DNA of 64,000 bases, from assembly GCF_002113885.1 (NCBI RefSeq), contig NW_018408651.1:93579-157578 (forward strand), in the 5' to 3' direction. The notes below the pieces were generated by a model. That model did no database searches. It saw only the letters and a list, made by a program, of their open reading frames with translations, and was not told where the DNA came from. The position numbers and the translations under genes are program-made. This DNA is from Mizuhopecten yessoensis (taxonomy: Eukaryota). Shown piece after piece: positions 52,441 through 64,000 of the stretch. How positions within the stretch are numbered: the stretch's first letter is position 1; each line of letters begins with the position of its first letter.

Positions 52441-55400
52441 ATATTATCTGACGTTGTATAAGGACGATGTTAATGCCATATGCTGTGTGTTATTGACAAG
52501 TCCAAAAGTACCATTAATAACATTTTTAATTACAAGTTTCAAAGTAATATATGTATATTAAGCACGTGTATTTGTCACTGCCCTGTAGTTAATCAGGATT
52601 TTTACTACTAAACGAACCTTATGAAACCTTGAACTAGATATTTATAAGAACGTGAGCGGTATTGACGTCATTAACGTTTATAATAGATCACACCGATATA
52701 TGTGTCGGTTAAAAAAGGTTGCGGTAACATCAGACAGAGGTATTGTTTAACGGTAAACAATCGCCTGATGTTTTAGAACACTGTAACTTACAATTAATTG
52801 TATATTGTGGTACGTAATAATATTTTGGCGAAAAAAATATCTAAATACTCAAAACACAACGAATAGATGATTTCCCCAAGGGTTAACTGATGATAACGGT
52901 GGATTGATTGGCTTAGGCTAGGAATGATTACTTTATCATATAATTTGACTGCTTAAGATTGCTGCGAATAGAGTTCTTGTATTTTAATCGTCCTAATTGG
53001 CTGTTTGATGAATTGCTAAAATCGTGTCTAATCATCTAAACGTTAGGGTCTCAGGAAATATAATAAAAAGGAAGCCTTCGCCAAATAGAAACTATATATA
53101 GTCATTAGGATGTTTTGAACATTATTAACGAATGTGCGCGTGTGTTGCCAGTACCTGTTGCCAAAATATCGTTACCTGGAGGAATGTGTCCCTAGGAATC
53201 ACGTCACCTGGTGTAGGGTGTCCCAACGTGACCTTATGGAGTGTGTCTCTGTGTACGTCTGGTTTACTCGTTGTCAGACTAATTTGAGAATGGAGAATGT
53301 CCCTTGGCAGGTTCGGTTAATCTGTTGTCAGAATAATTTGACCTAGTGGAGTGAGTACCTTGGTACCTGTATACATAATTTTAAAAAAATCCAACAACTG
53401 GTAGTTAATTATGTTGCTATGTCAGGGTTATGACATTTTAATGTTATTTTACAGTTAAATCAAGACAACAAGATAATTACATGGTTCTTTTTAAAGAACT
53501 AATTTATTATCGTCAAAACGGCATTATACGAAAGCGGAATCAATACTTTCATTGAATTCATAAACCCTGCTTCATAGTTTAGAACATTTCCATGAAAAAC
53601 AGTTTAACTTTACCGTAAATGTCAATCATCATTTACATAAATGTCGAATCATACTAAATCTACCCTGAGCATACTTTGCATGTCACCATACTTGGAAAGC
53701 ACAATAATACTGCTTTATATTTAAACGTAACATGCAGACTTACACAGACGACAAGATTCATCTTGTCAAAAATACACTGAATCATACATCGGTGTCGCCC
53801 TTCTGGGTCTCATCGCTGATAGTAGGACGGAATTGTGATGGAAATCCAAATTGGTCTAGACTACTGTTGAAACAGAGGAGAACCGTAAACTCCCTTGATT
53901 CTATGACTTCCAAAATTACAGGCGAACTGGAAAACTTTGCATTTAGTAATGTGTAAAGAATGTATATATACTAAGAACCGTTCTTCTACTCGAAAGAAAA
54001 AACTGTGGTTGTCAAGGTTATGGCAAATCTCGGGGACAATACAGAAATCACCGGCAGAGCCTATCACCTTGTCTATTGTGGTTAATCACAATACCTATTG
54101 CTTACAGGAACTATAGAGGATCTCAAATACGTTCAGACATTTGTAAACCTCAGTAGTATATGGTGTTATTACACTGCATAACAGCCTGTGTACATGATAA
54201 AATATAATATAGGTTTATCTGGTAAAGTTTTTGACTGCTTCAACATTACTACTGAACGTTCAGGCAAGAAAATCAATACTTTTGCCATTTTTGACCATAG
54301 TTTTATATCGGCTCTTACTCGACAGTAAGTATTTATAGAGAAGTATGACCATTATAAAACAAAAAAACATTGAAGTGTCAACAATATCGACAATGTAACT
54401 CAAAATCAATAGAATTAGGACAAAATATAAACAAAGGAAATGCCTTATCTTCAAAGTCGGGTTAGAGACAACAGATAGGAAGGCACACTGATGAGATTAA
54501 TACAATGGCAAAATATCTTTCTTAATGAGGTCGGGATGATGAACATAAAACTTGTCCCTACTTTTCACCGACCAGAATCTGAATACAATGTTGTGAATTT
54601 GTCTGTCAGCAACCAACATCTATCAAGGATTTTAAACACCGTAGGTTTGGAAAGCAGGTATGTTACTATTAAGAGAGGAAAAGACAGAAAAATTCGATAT
54701 TGTCACACTTATGGTTCATATTCATAATAAGCCGTCCCTAGTTAACATGTTGTAAGTTAAAATAGAGGAAAGCAGCTGATGTTGTTTCTTTATTGTCATT
54801 GTTTTCAAGTTCATGAGGATTTATCATATTGATGTTGTCTATAAATTTATTTAAATACAACACATCGTGCATATATAACAATGTGAATGACTTGGCAAGT
54901 TTTTGTTACCATTCCTGCTCATAAATGATTTCATCCTTCACAGTTTTTTTCCACTTACGATTGTCTACAGTGGGTTTGAAAAATGTTGGCAATAAGCTTA
55001 ACAAAAGTATTGTCAACCAGGCGACCACTCATTTTCACGACATATCCCGATTATGTTTGATATAGGGCCAACGCATCATGAAACCATTTATATATACATA
55101 TAACCGTTCGCGTTATTGTAAAAGAAAGCTCTGTTGATATGAAAACGAAGGTGTCCCTTCATTTCAATACGATACATGTGTACGGTAAAATGTTTTGGTA
55201 GAAGAAACAATATTGCGCTATTCACACTCCACAACTCACTTATACCACGACTAGACTATACAGTATCACAATAGGAATATAACTCGGATTTCATAGTGCA
55301 AAACATGGAAGTAAGAAGAAATGATTATCAAAGGTAAAACTATCTTGTTTAATATTTGCTGTCTGTTCACATTGCATTATTACGGTATGGTTTCATTTTT

Positions 55401-56751
55401 TTCATTTCCGTTACAGCAGACATATTACAATACTGGTGTAGCCGAACGGGGAAAGATGAAACCTTTATAGAAAATGTCATAAAAGGCAAGTCCGACATGA
55501 ATCAGCGGATCGCTTTAGAACACTTCTTTGTAACAATATCCAATGAGGCGATATACACTTAGTTAGACAGCAGACACTGGAGAATCGTGTAAAATTAATA
55601 AGAGATTTTGCCCTACCTTTCTTTGTCAATTACACGGACAAATATCCTGTTTGTTAAACATTTGAATTGGTTAGTCGGTTTTACCGTGAAAGTGTTATTG
55701 ATGTAAACAAAATATGAGTGGAATTTCAAATTCTTGTGATAAACTTTGTATAAACTTTATTTATTTTACAACAATTATGAAACAAGTTATTTCAACTTAT
55801 ATTAATCACTCTTGTTGGCGCGGATGTTAGTGCGGGGAGGGTCTAAATGTGGGAGGAAGTGCGCTATCCAATGCAAGACCCGACCACCCATACACTTTGT
55901 AAAGCTTCGATACAAGATATACAACTGTTTTGACTGACATAACCAGAAATATCAATAATAGTTGATTGATTGGAACAAGTAATACAACTCAATAATGTTG
56001 CCCTACTTACCTTATCTGAAAGTAGGCAACACTAAATAAGGACACGCCCGTGTGTTATATGTTTAGCAGGCTTAAAACCTGAATCGTTAACATGTGTAAT
56101 GTATTGTGACTAATAAGTTTGGTCTTTATTTGAAATACGGAATATAAATATAGACAAAATATTTAATGAGCCTACCTTACCCATTCTATCAATTTGTATG
56201 ATCCTACTGAAACACGGCATTGTATAGGTCTGGCCTGATGTGTTGTAGATAATCGTGTGAAGTAATTCTGCGTCATTGTGCAAATTAGCTTAGTTTGACA
56301 TTTGTTACCAAGCCACATTTAGCCCCCCCCCCCCCCCCCCCCACACCTTTGTAGGAGTAGTATAATTGCTGCCCCCCGCGGTGAGTTTGTACATAACCTT
56401 ACGTATTGTCATTTTTTCGTATGGTATAGGATATTCACGGCTCCCAGCACCGTGAGTAGCTAAGACGATTTCCAATACCAATATTTACTAAATGCCGACA
56501 GTGGTTTTTTTATTGTTTTTATTTATAATGAAATCAATTGATCATGAGACTACATTTATATATATCCTTCTGATCTGCATTGAGTTTAAAAAGTAGGAAA
56601 CAACGTCAATTGGATAAGAACAATAAGAACAATAAGAACAAAGTTAGGAACAGTATACCTGCTAAGCGTGTTGATTTTTCAATTTATTTAGATTTTATAT
56701 AGGTAGTTTCTTAGTTCGTGTTCCGTATTAGTTCAACCATTAGGATTTCCA

Positions 56752-56900
56752 ATGTGTTTCCGATGAGTCCTAGAAGGACGAAGCAGGTGTATACTGTATA
56801 CATCACCAATTGCGTGTAGGACATTCCTATTGCTAGCGATTACCTTACTTTTCGCCAAATACTGATGGACCCGGCTGATGGAGTGTCCGTCCGCGAGGAA
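56752..56900 (+). mobile_element. Degenerate hammerhead motif plus linked motif (retrozyme/Penelope-LTR-like relic)
   Basis: CCGAUGA-GUCC-UAGAA-GGAC-GAAG-CAGGUG-UA at 56760-56791 has a perfect 4-bp stem II. It is followed ~85 nt later by GCTGATGGAGTGTCCGTCCGCGAGG. Confidence 0.55.
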
Positions 56901-57250
56901 GGTCGTACGGCTGCAATCAATTAGGAGAAGGAGCAGTTGTAACTAAAGTTATAAAACACCCTTATATACTTGTTTAATTTACCATCGTAAACCCGCCAAT
57001 TCACTCTGTTTTGATTATAATATTTTAATTACTCTTATAAACATAGTAAATCAGTACGTTTTGATATTTTCCCCCAATATGATAATGTTGATTAATTTGT
57101 ATTGTTTCCAACAGAGAATAAAACAGTCGATTCGTTTGTTATGCGACGCAGTTATATATAATCAAAGCAATTACTTCCTTAACAATGCCACCTACTCCGT
57201 ATAACCTATTATAATAAGCCTTTTCTCCGTGGTTGTTTCGACCCCACACA

Positions 57251-57272
57251 GATCAACGAAGTTAAGCATCGT
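57251..57272 (+). other. 5S rRNA-related fragment (internal A-box region); possible 5S-derived SINE relic
   Basis: GATCAACGAAGTTAAGCATCGT matches the recalled invertebrate 5S segment GATCACCGAAGTTAAGCAACGT at 20/22. Flanks are too degenerate for a functional 5S gene. Confidence 0.45.
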
Positions 57273-57489
57273 GTTTGTAATCACGTGTACAATCTTGACA
57301 GCGACTGTAATAAGTCCTCGAGAAATTCTATTTCTGTCGGTGCGGTCCTTGTTCTCGGATAATCCCATAACAACAGACCAATTGTAGCAATTATGTTTTC
57401 CATATTGACTTTGTGTTTATTTTTATGTATGTAAAATTTTGTTTGTGATTTCGTGTTATCATTTTTGTAGTTATTTTTCATTTCTTAAT

Positions 57490-60400
57490 TAAGTTCGGCT
57501 ATGCGGACGATAACACATTGAGTCTGCAAGCACATTCATCTCAAACAACACAATTTCCATTGCTAGTACTACTATTAGCATGCTGGAACACATAATGCGT
57601 TATTCTAATATCTATATATCTACCTTATTTATTGTATTTGCAATCACTCGTTGGACCCACTAACTGGCCGAAATGGCTGATTATAAACATAAAAGCCATG
57701 TCCAGCCCAGGGTGGGGTCCATGAGTGATGCACAGTTATACTCTGATCTCTTTCTATCTCTGAACACATCATTTCTAAATATTAACTTTGAGTGCTTGGT
57801 AAAGGGAATACTGTTACTGTTGTGTATGGATGTACACCTAAACCAAGGCCCAAACATAAGTAGTGACCAGTACCTATCTGACAACATAAAAATTGGTCAC
57901 ATAAATATTTGTTCATTATTAAATAAAACTGATCTAATTGACACTGAATATGTTGACTGTGACATTCTCTGTATTGGTGAAACTCATCTGAATTACGAGG
58001 TGGTGGTGTTTGTATTCATATTAAGAATAACATAATTGATAAACGTAGATTAGACCTGGAATCTGATGATGTTGAGGTTGTCAGGACAAAAATTAAATTG
58101 CAAAAGAAACAAATGTTTCTAGGATGCTTATATAGGGATCCAAATTCCGTAGTTAACTACTGGGATAAGTTAGATGAAATTCTTAAAAAAATCTCTGATC
58201 TGAATAAGAGTGTCTTCCTACCTGGTGATATTAACCATAATATGCTGAATTTGACCCCAAACTCTCACCTGAAAAGATTGATGATCAAGTATGGATTAAA
58301 TAATATTGTAAATGAACCTTCAAGAATAACCTCAACATCATCAACTTCCCTTGATGTTATATTGACCAATCACAGTAATAATGTATGTGATGTAACTGTG
58401 AACCCACCATCGTGTAGTGATCATTGTGCTATTAGTACCACAATTTCATTTAAGACACTAAGGAAAATTGCTTTTAAGAAAACTTAGATATATTTTAATA
58501 CTGCAGATTTTTCCAGTGCTAATACTTATTTATCAACAATTGATTGGGATGAAGAGCTGAGTAATATTGATGATATTGAAATCTTAAATGAAATTGTATC
58601 CAATAAACTAATGACTTGTATTGACAGATTTGTACCACACAGGACAGTGACAATTAGACCAAATGATAAAATATGGATGGATAACGAAATCCGGCTGAAA
58701 ATGAGGCAGAGAAATAGGCAACATTATAAGGCTAAGCAAATAAATACTGCCACCTCGTGGGATAAATACAGACAATTACGTAATTCAGTTATTTCAATGA
58801 TTAGAGATGTGAAACAAAAATATCTTCGCAAATAACAAAATTCTCTTATTGACAAAAACATCCCTCCAGGTAAATGGTGGAGAATTGCCAAATCTGTTCT
58901 TACCTCTAAAAAGAAAAATGATACTGATTATCCTTTGGAAAGTAATGGTGAATTGAAAGTGCATCCTGTAGATAAGGCGGAATCATTTAACTATTTTTTT
59001 CACATCTATTTCTACATCAGATAAAACTATTGACATTCCTCCAAATCCTCCTCCTTTCCCTCATCAACTATCTAATATCAATATTACTGAGCAAGATGTT
59101 TATGACCAACTTCAACTCATTAATCTAAAAAAAGTCTACAGGTCCTGATGCAATTCACCCTGGTATCAAAGTTGTATCTGAATCTCTTGTAAAGCCATTA
59201 CATATTCTTTTTAATAAATCAGTGAAAATCCGGTCAATTACCTAAAGTCTGGAAAAATACCAATGTCACAGCTGTATATAAGGGCACTTATAACACTCCT
59301 CTTTTTAGAAATTGCTTGAAAGAATTATGTTCAAGCATTTGTTTAACTTTCTTTCAATAAATCATATAATTTCTAAGAACCAATCTGTATTCCCCTTAGT
59401 AAGGCCTTTGCTAGGGTCTGGCATCACAGACTTGTGTACAAATTGATAGACAGCAACAAGTAATAATTGATGGGTACAAGTCTTCTTGGCATACACTTAC
59501 AGCCGGTGTCCCACAGGGCTCAGTCCTCGGGCCATATATATTTCTTTTAAATGTAAATGACCTAGAAAAAGAAATTGAGTCAAATGTGATTTTTTTGCAG
59601 ATGATACCTCACTGTTTGTACTTATAGAAAATGATAACAATGCTGCTACTGAAATTTTAAACAATGATCTCAATAGAATATCTATCTGGGCTCATAGATG
59701 GGGTATATTATTTAATCCTAGTAAAACAGAAGCTCTTCTGATATCAAATAAATTAAATGCAGATGAAATGCATCCTGATCTCACATTTCTGAACAATTCT
59801 GTGGTAAATGTAAAACAACATAAACATCCGGGTATTTTTTTAACAGCCATGGTTTGTGGTCTGATCACATCAATTTCTTATATAATAATACATATAATAA
59901 GATGCATATATTTAGGTCACTCAAACACAAACTTGATAGGAAATCTCTAGAAATGACATACAAGTAATATATTCGTCCAAATCTTGAGTATGCTAGTTGT
60001 GTATGGAATAATTGTAATCAATTATCCGAAAAGGTACTAGTCATGAAATCATCTATAATGAAATTGGATGGGATACACTTAAGAAACGTAGAAAGGATCA
60101 GCAGCATATATTGTTTTTTAAACATTTTGAAATTGTTGAACCTTATATAGTCAGCAATAAAGTTATGACCCATCATGTCCGACATCAACGTATATTTGAT
60201 TTTTAAATATGAAGGGACTAGATCTTTTAACATAATAATATGTCAACTTCGAAATCGTGCAAGTCATTTGAACTCTGATCTCTTTAGAGACCCATCTTAA
60301 TGCTAATCCCTCCTGTATATGTGGTTACAACAATGAAGATGTGAGTCACTTCTTTCTGCATTGCCCTAGATATATGACTCAAAGACAAAATATGCTAATA

Positions 60401-61800
60401 TCTCTGTCTCATTTACAGCTAGACACACATTTGAATTTACACTTAAACTTGGACCTAAACATTTATGAACATCTAATGTTTAATATAATATTAATATATT
60501 GACTAAAGGAAGTAGTTACCTAACTGAAGATCTTAACTCTGCTATTCTTGTTTGTGTTCAAAGATATATAGAATCAACCAACAGATTTTGNNNNNNNNNN
60601 NNNNNNNNNNNNNNNNNNNNNNNNNNNNNNNNNNNNNNNNNNNNNNNNNNNNNNNNNNNNNNNNNNNNNNNNNNNNNNNNNNNNNNNNNNNNNNNNNNNN
60701 NNNNNNNNNNNNNNNNNNNNNNNNNNNNNNNNNNNNNNNNNNNNNNNNNNNNNNNNNNNNNNNNNNNNNNNNNNNNNNNNNNNNNNNNNNNNNNNNNNNN
60801 NNNNNNNNNNNNNNNNNNNNNNNNNNNNNNNNNNNNNNNNNNNNNNNNNNNNNNNNNNNNNNNNNNNNNNNNNNNNNNNNNNNNNNNNNNNNNNNNNNNN
60901 NNNNNNNNNNNNNNNNNNNNNNNNNNNNNNNNNNNNNNNNNNNNNNNNNNNNTATGTATGTTTGTACGTGTATGTATGCATGCATGTGTGCATGAATGGT
61001 GTCTCCTATCATCATTGACACTGAGCTTATTCTTATGTTCCTAAAGCATGCATGTAAATATTCATAGTTCATTATATTGCTCTTGTTTGAGATGTTACGT
61101 TAGTGAAGGCAAATTCGCCATGCACCAAAATTCGCCACCCTGTGACGAAAATGCCATATGACGTCATAATACATAAGATCGTTGAAAGCCCTGGACCCTC
61201 TCATCCTGACCCGATGAAAAATATAATATTGGGCAGCGATTTGGAAGTTTATATTTGTTAAGGACTGAGTCTTTATTGCGTATCATGTAAATTGACATCA
61301 CCTCAGCCGATACCCGTCATCTTTCTTAAACAACATTAATCAGTTTCTTCAAGTTACCGAAAACTAACTATCACAACTAAGAAAAACATTTATTTGAATG
61401 TTAATCATTGTTACACACACAGATTTGGAGCTGTTCGTATCAGTACAGCTTGTGTTGTATAAACATATATATTTTTTACATTTAAACACTTGTAAATTAG
61501 TTAAATGTTTGAAGGTGGCGAAACTGCCTGCACCTTTGAGCAAAACCACGGAAGGCCTGATGAAGGCGTGTTTACAACAATGTTTATGCATAGGCATGTC
61601 AGTCGAATCTTCTTCTGTATTGGCGCTCGTCGGCATTTTGATACATTCCTATTTGGTCGAATTATTAACAGAAACCCTTACTAATGTGACGAATTTGCCT
61701 TCACTGACGTTACCTCCTGGGAGAGGGCTTGCACAGGCTTTGCCTGTTGCCCAATTTCCATTAAATCTGATTAATTTGATAAAATATTTCGAAATGAAAA
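57490..61800 (+). mobile_element. Decayed CR1/Zenon-type non-LTR retrotransposon (APE endonuclease + RT + C-terminal Cys/His region); multiple frameshifts, stops and internal deletions
   Basis: APE motifs IGHINICSL, DILCIGETHL, LGCLYR, GDIN, PSRITSTSSTSLDVILTN, SDH. RT motifs GPDAI, WKNTNVTAVYK, GVPQGSVLGP (59505-59534), FADD (59594-59605). C-terminal SCICGYNNEDVSHFFLHCPRY. 3' stem-loop at 61725-61752. No ORF1 seen; 5' boundary approximate. Confidence 0.9.
61101..61706. mobile_element. Non-autonomous DNA transposon (MITE, 606 bp) with 4-bp ACGT TSD, nested in the LINE 3' UTR
   Basis: TIRs (T)AGTGAAGGCAAATTCGCCA / TGACGAATTTGCCTTCACTG; ACGT at 61097-61100 and 61707-61710. Confidence 0.8.
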
Positions 61801-62024
61801 AAATATTTCAAAGATGGATGTCGACTGCTGGCGGAGATACATACAACACAGGGCTTCAAAAGATGGAAGTTGATGAATACAAGATAAATAAGTTTGATGG
61901 CGCCATCAGGATCTCATTGTGAAACATGTTGTTTCTTTTTTATTATACAAAGGTCGATATTTTTGTTTCAACTCCACTGTGTGCCTTGCTCGCTGTAGAA
62001 ACAAGGCATTCCTTGGATTTGACT

Positions 62025-62150
62025 TAGATTTACATGGCTGCCGTCGTTGATGAAACAGAAAACGCTTATCTTTCCGGAATATCTGGTATTATTCTGCTTG
62101 TGTTTTTTGAGTTGTTTCATTGAAAATGTTTCTTTTGTTCACATTTTGCC
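62025..62150 (+). mobile_element. Dispersed repeat fragment, copy 2 (homologous to 49810-49920)
   Basis: ATTTACATGGC..GAAACAGAAAACGCTTATCTTTCCGGAATATCTGGT..TCTTTTTGTTCACATTTT. Confidence 0.7.
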
Positions 62151-62259
62151 CTAGTTTTGATATATTTTTAGTTCAAGGTGAAATTTGTGTTGACACTTGG
62201 GTGATTTTTTCTTAAATAATGCTGAGACGCACACATTGATGAATTAATTGTTTGGTTCC

Positions 62260-62367
62260 TGTCTTTGTGTGTTCGGATGTACCAGTGTCTTTGTGTGTTC
62301 GGGTGAACCAGTGTCTTTGTGTGTTCGGGTGTACCAGTGTCTTTGTGTGTTCGGGTGTACCAGTGTG
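62260..62367. repeat. 26-bp tandem repeat (GTCTTTGTGTGTTCGGGTGTACCAGT)x4
   Basis: Direct reading. Confidence 0.92.
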
Positions 62368-62699
62368 TTCTTGTAAGGATTTTATGGTATCATGAGATGC
62401 TTTCTGTTTCTTCTGTTCTTCATTACCAGAGAGAAATGTTCTGACAATTACTTGATGTATACTATTATCTAGACCTTTGTTTACATTTCTGACATCCCCC
62501 CTGGTAATGTTACATAGTGATCTTTTCTATATCTCTGCCTACTCCCGACTCTTGTTGTGACCATCCTTGTTAACCTAATGGCTTGGTATCAAGGACGCTT
62601 ACATGCTCATATTTCTTCTTTATATGTGCATATATAAATATTTTCCCCCATCAGCTAGGTTTGTTGTGTTCTGCCATATTGTCGTTTTGTTTTACATAT

Positions 62700-62859
62700 G
62701 GATGTTTCACAATATATCATACGGTATGTATTATCGGATGTGTTACAATATATGATACGGTATGTATAATCGGATGTTTCACAATATACGATACGGTATG
62801 TATTATCGGATGTTTCACAATATATGATACGGTATGTATTATCGGATGTTTTACAATAT
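62700..62859. repeat. 36-bp tandem repeat (GGATGTTTCACAATATATGATACGGTATGTATTATC)x~4.5
   Basis: Direct reading. Confidence 0.92.
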
Positions 62860-63536
62860 AAAGGAGATGTATTATCATATGTTAAACAATAAAAAAAACA
62901 GGTGTAGTATTGTATGTTATACAATATATATACGAGATTTATTGTCGGATGTTTTCTCTATAAACGGTGAAATATTGAGGTTTGTACTTCATTCATGCCG
63001 GGAGGGTAACGAAGTTATATCGGATGTTGTACCATCACATAAGAGGCCTATTGTGTACTTTGCGCTTGTTTTTCCTTTAGTTAAAACGACGTATTATCCT
63101 ATGACTCTTTCAGGTTTATAGTTCATTGGGTCTTGATGAATGTTTTGATGTTGACACAATTTATTTGTATCCAGAGGATACTTATTTAGGTGAAGGTTTC
63201 CATACGGTATGATTTTATCAACGGGAGTAACGATTCTTTACCTGGAGGTAACCTCTCCAGATCATGATCAATGCAGCGCATGCACATATTTTCGTGTTAA
63301 TTAGACTAGCCGCCAGCAGTCAACCGGGTGTGTCCTTTTGTCCGGTTATATACAATCAATATCTCCAACAGTTAGTTAGAGGAAATGGCATTGGATAATG
63401 TCCATTCATAGGAACGAGTGGCTAATAATTAGACCTCCCCGCATTTACCAAACCTGACAGCCGACGGTAGACCAGTCGCTCAGTGTTTAGAGACAAGCTC
63501 TTATCAGCTCATTAAATCACAACAATGGGACAAATG

Positions 63537-64000
63537 TCACTGTGTACTATACAACAGTGGCACATATATACTACACAACAGTGACACACATGTACTACAC
63601 AACAGTGACACATATGTACTATACAACAGTGGTACACATATACTACACAAAAGTCACACACATGTACTACACAACACTGACACACATGTACTACACAGCA
63701 GTGACACACATGTACTACACAGCAGTGACACACATGTACTACACAGCAGTGACACACATGTACTACAAAACAGTGACACACATGTACTACATAACAGTGA
63801 CACACATATACTAACCAACAGTGGCACACGTGTACTACACAACAGTTACACATGTATGCTACACAACAGTTACACATGTATGCTACACAACAGTTACACA
63901 TGTTTATTACACACATGCACTACACAACAGTGACACATATATTACACAACAGTGTCACACATGTACTACACAACAGTGGTACACATGTACTACACCACAG
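63537..64000. repeat. 24-bp minisatellite (CACATGTACTACACAACAGTGACA), ~19 copies, truncated by window end
   Basis: Direct reading; source of the Cys/His-rich and Tyr/Thr-rich pseudo-ORFs. Confidence 0.95.

Noticed and set aside
60499-61072. ORFs spanning the N-gap (also 33443-33793)
   Set aside because: Open only because Ns translate as X.
63473-63492. tRNA gene (GTCGCTCAGTGTTTAGAG)
   Set aside because: Only an A-box-like fragment; no T-arm/B box or cloverleaf.
63512-63916. Cys/His-rich metallothionein-like ORF (VVHVCHCC)n
   Set aside because: Product of a 24-bp tandem repeat that is open on both strands; no unique coding flank.

Overview
Eukaryotic, AT-rich, repeat-dominated genomic DNA with three assembly gaps (33622-33649, 47288-47383, 60591-60952). 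The repeat families suggest a bivalve mollusc (inference). I can support no intact host protein-coding gene. All long ORFs in the ORF track are tandem-repeat or N-gap artefacts, or fragments of a decayed LINE. Roughly 20 kb is minisatellite (24, 35, 36, 39, 40, 41, 44, 47, 50 and 103 bp units), concentrated between 18.7 and 48.2 kb. Mobile-element relics: a decayed single-ORF CR1/Zenon-type LINE (57.5-61.8 kb) with a degenerate 2A-like motif and a MITE nested in its 3' UTR; a 5'-truncated CR1 copy with an 11-bp TSD; a TA-flanked Tc1/mariner-type MITE; a Penelope-like RT relic; a tRNA-derived SINE; and two long palindromes. The most interesting signal is a dispersed family of degenerate minimal type-I hammerhead ribozyme motifs, each linked to a shared ~35-nt motif. 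One locus has two hammerheads ~350 nt apart, resembling a non-LTR retrozyme/Penelope-LTR unit, and the 50-bp minisatellite appears to have been amplified from this unit. Three arrays carry minus-strand splice-donor-like sites, hinting at an unannotated spliced non-coding transcript. All alignments were done by eye and none was checked by search.
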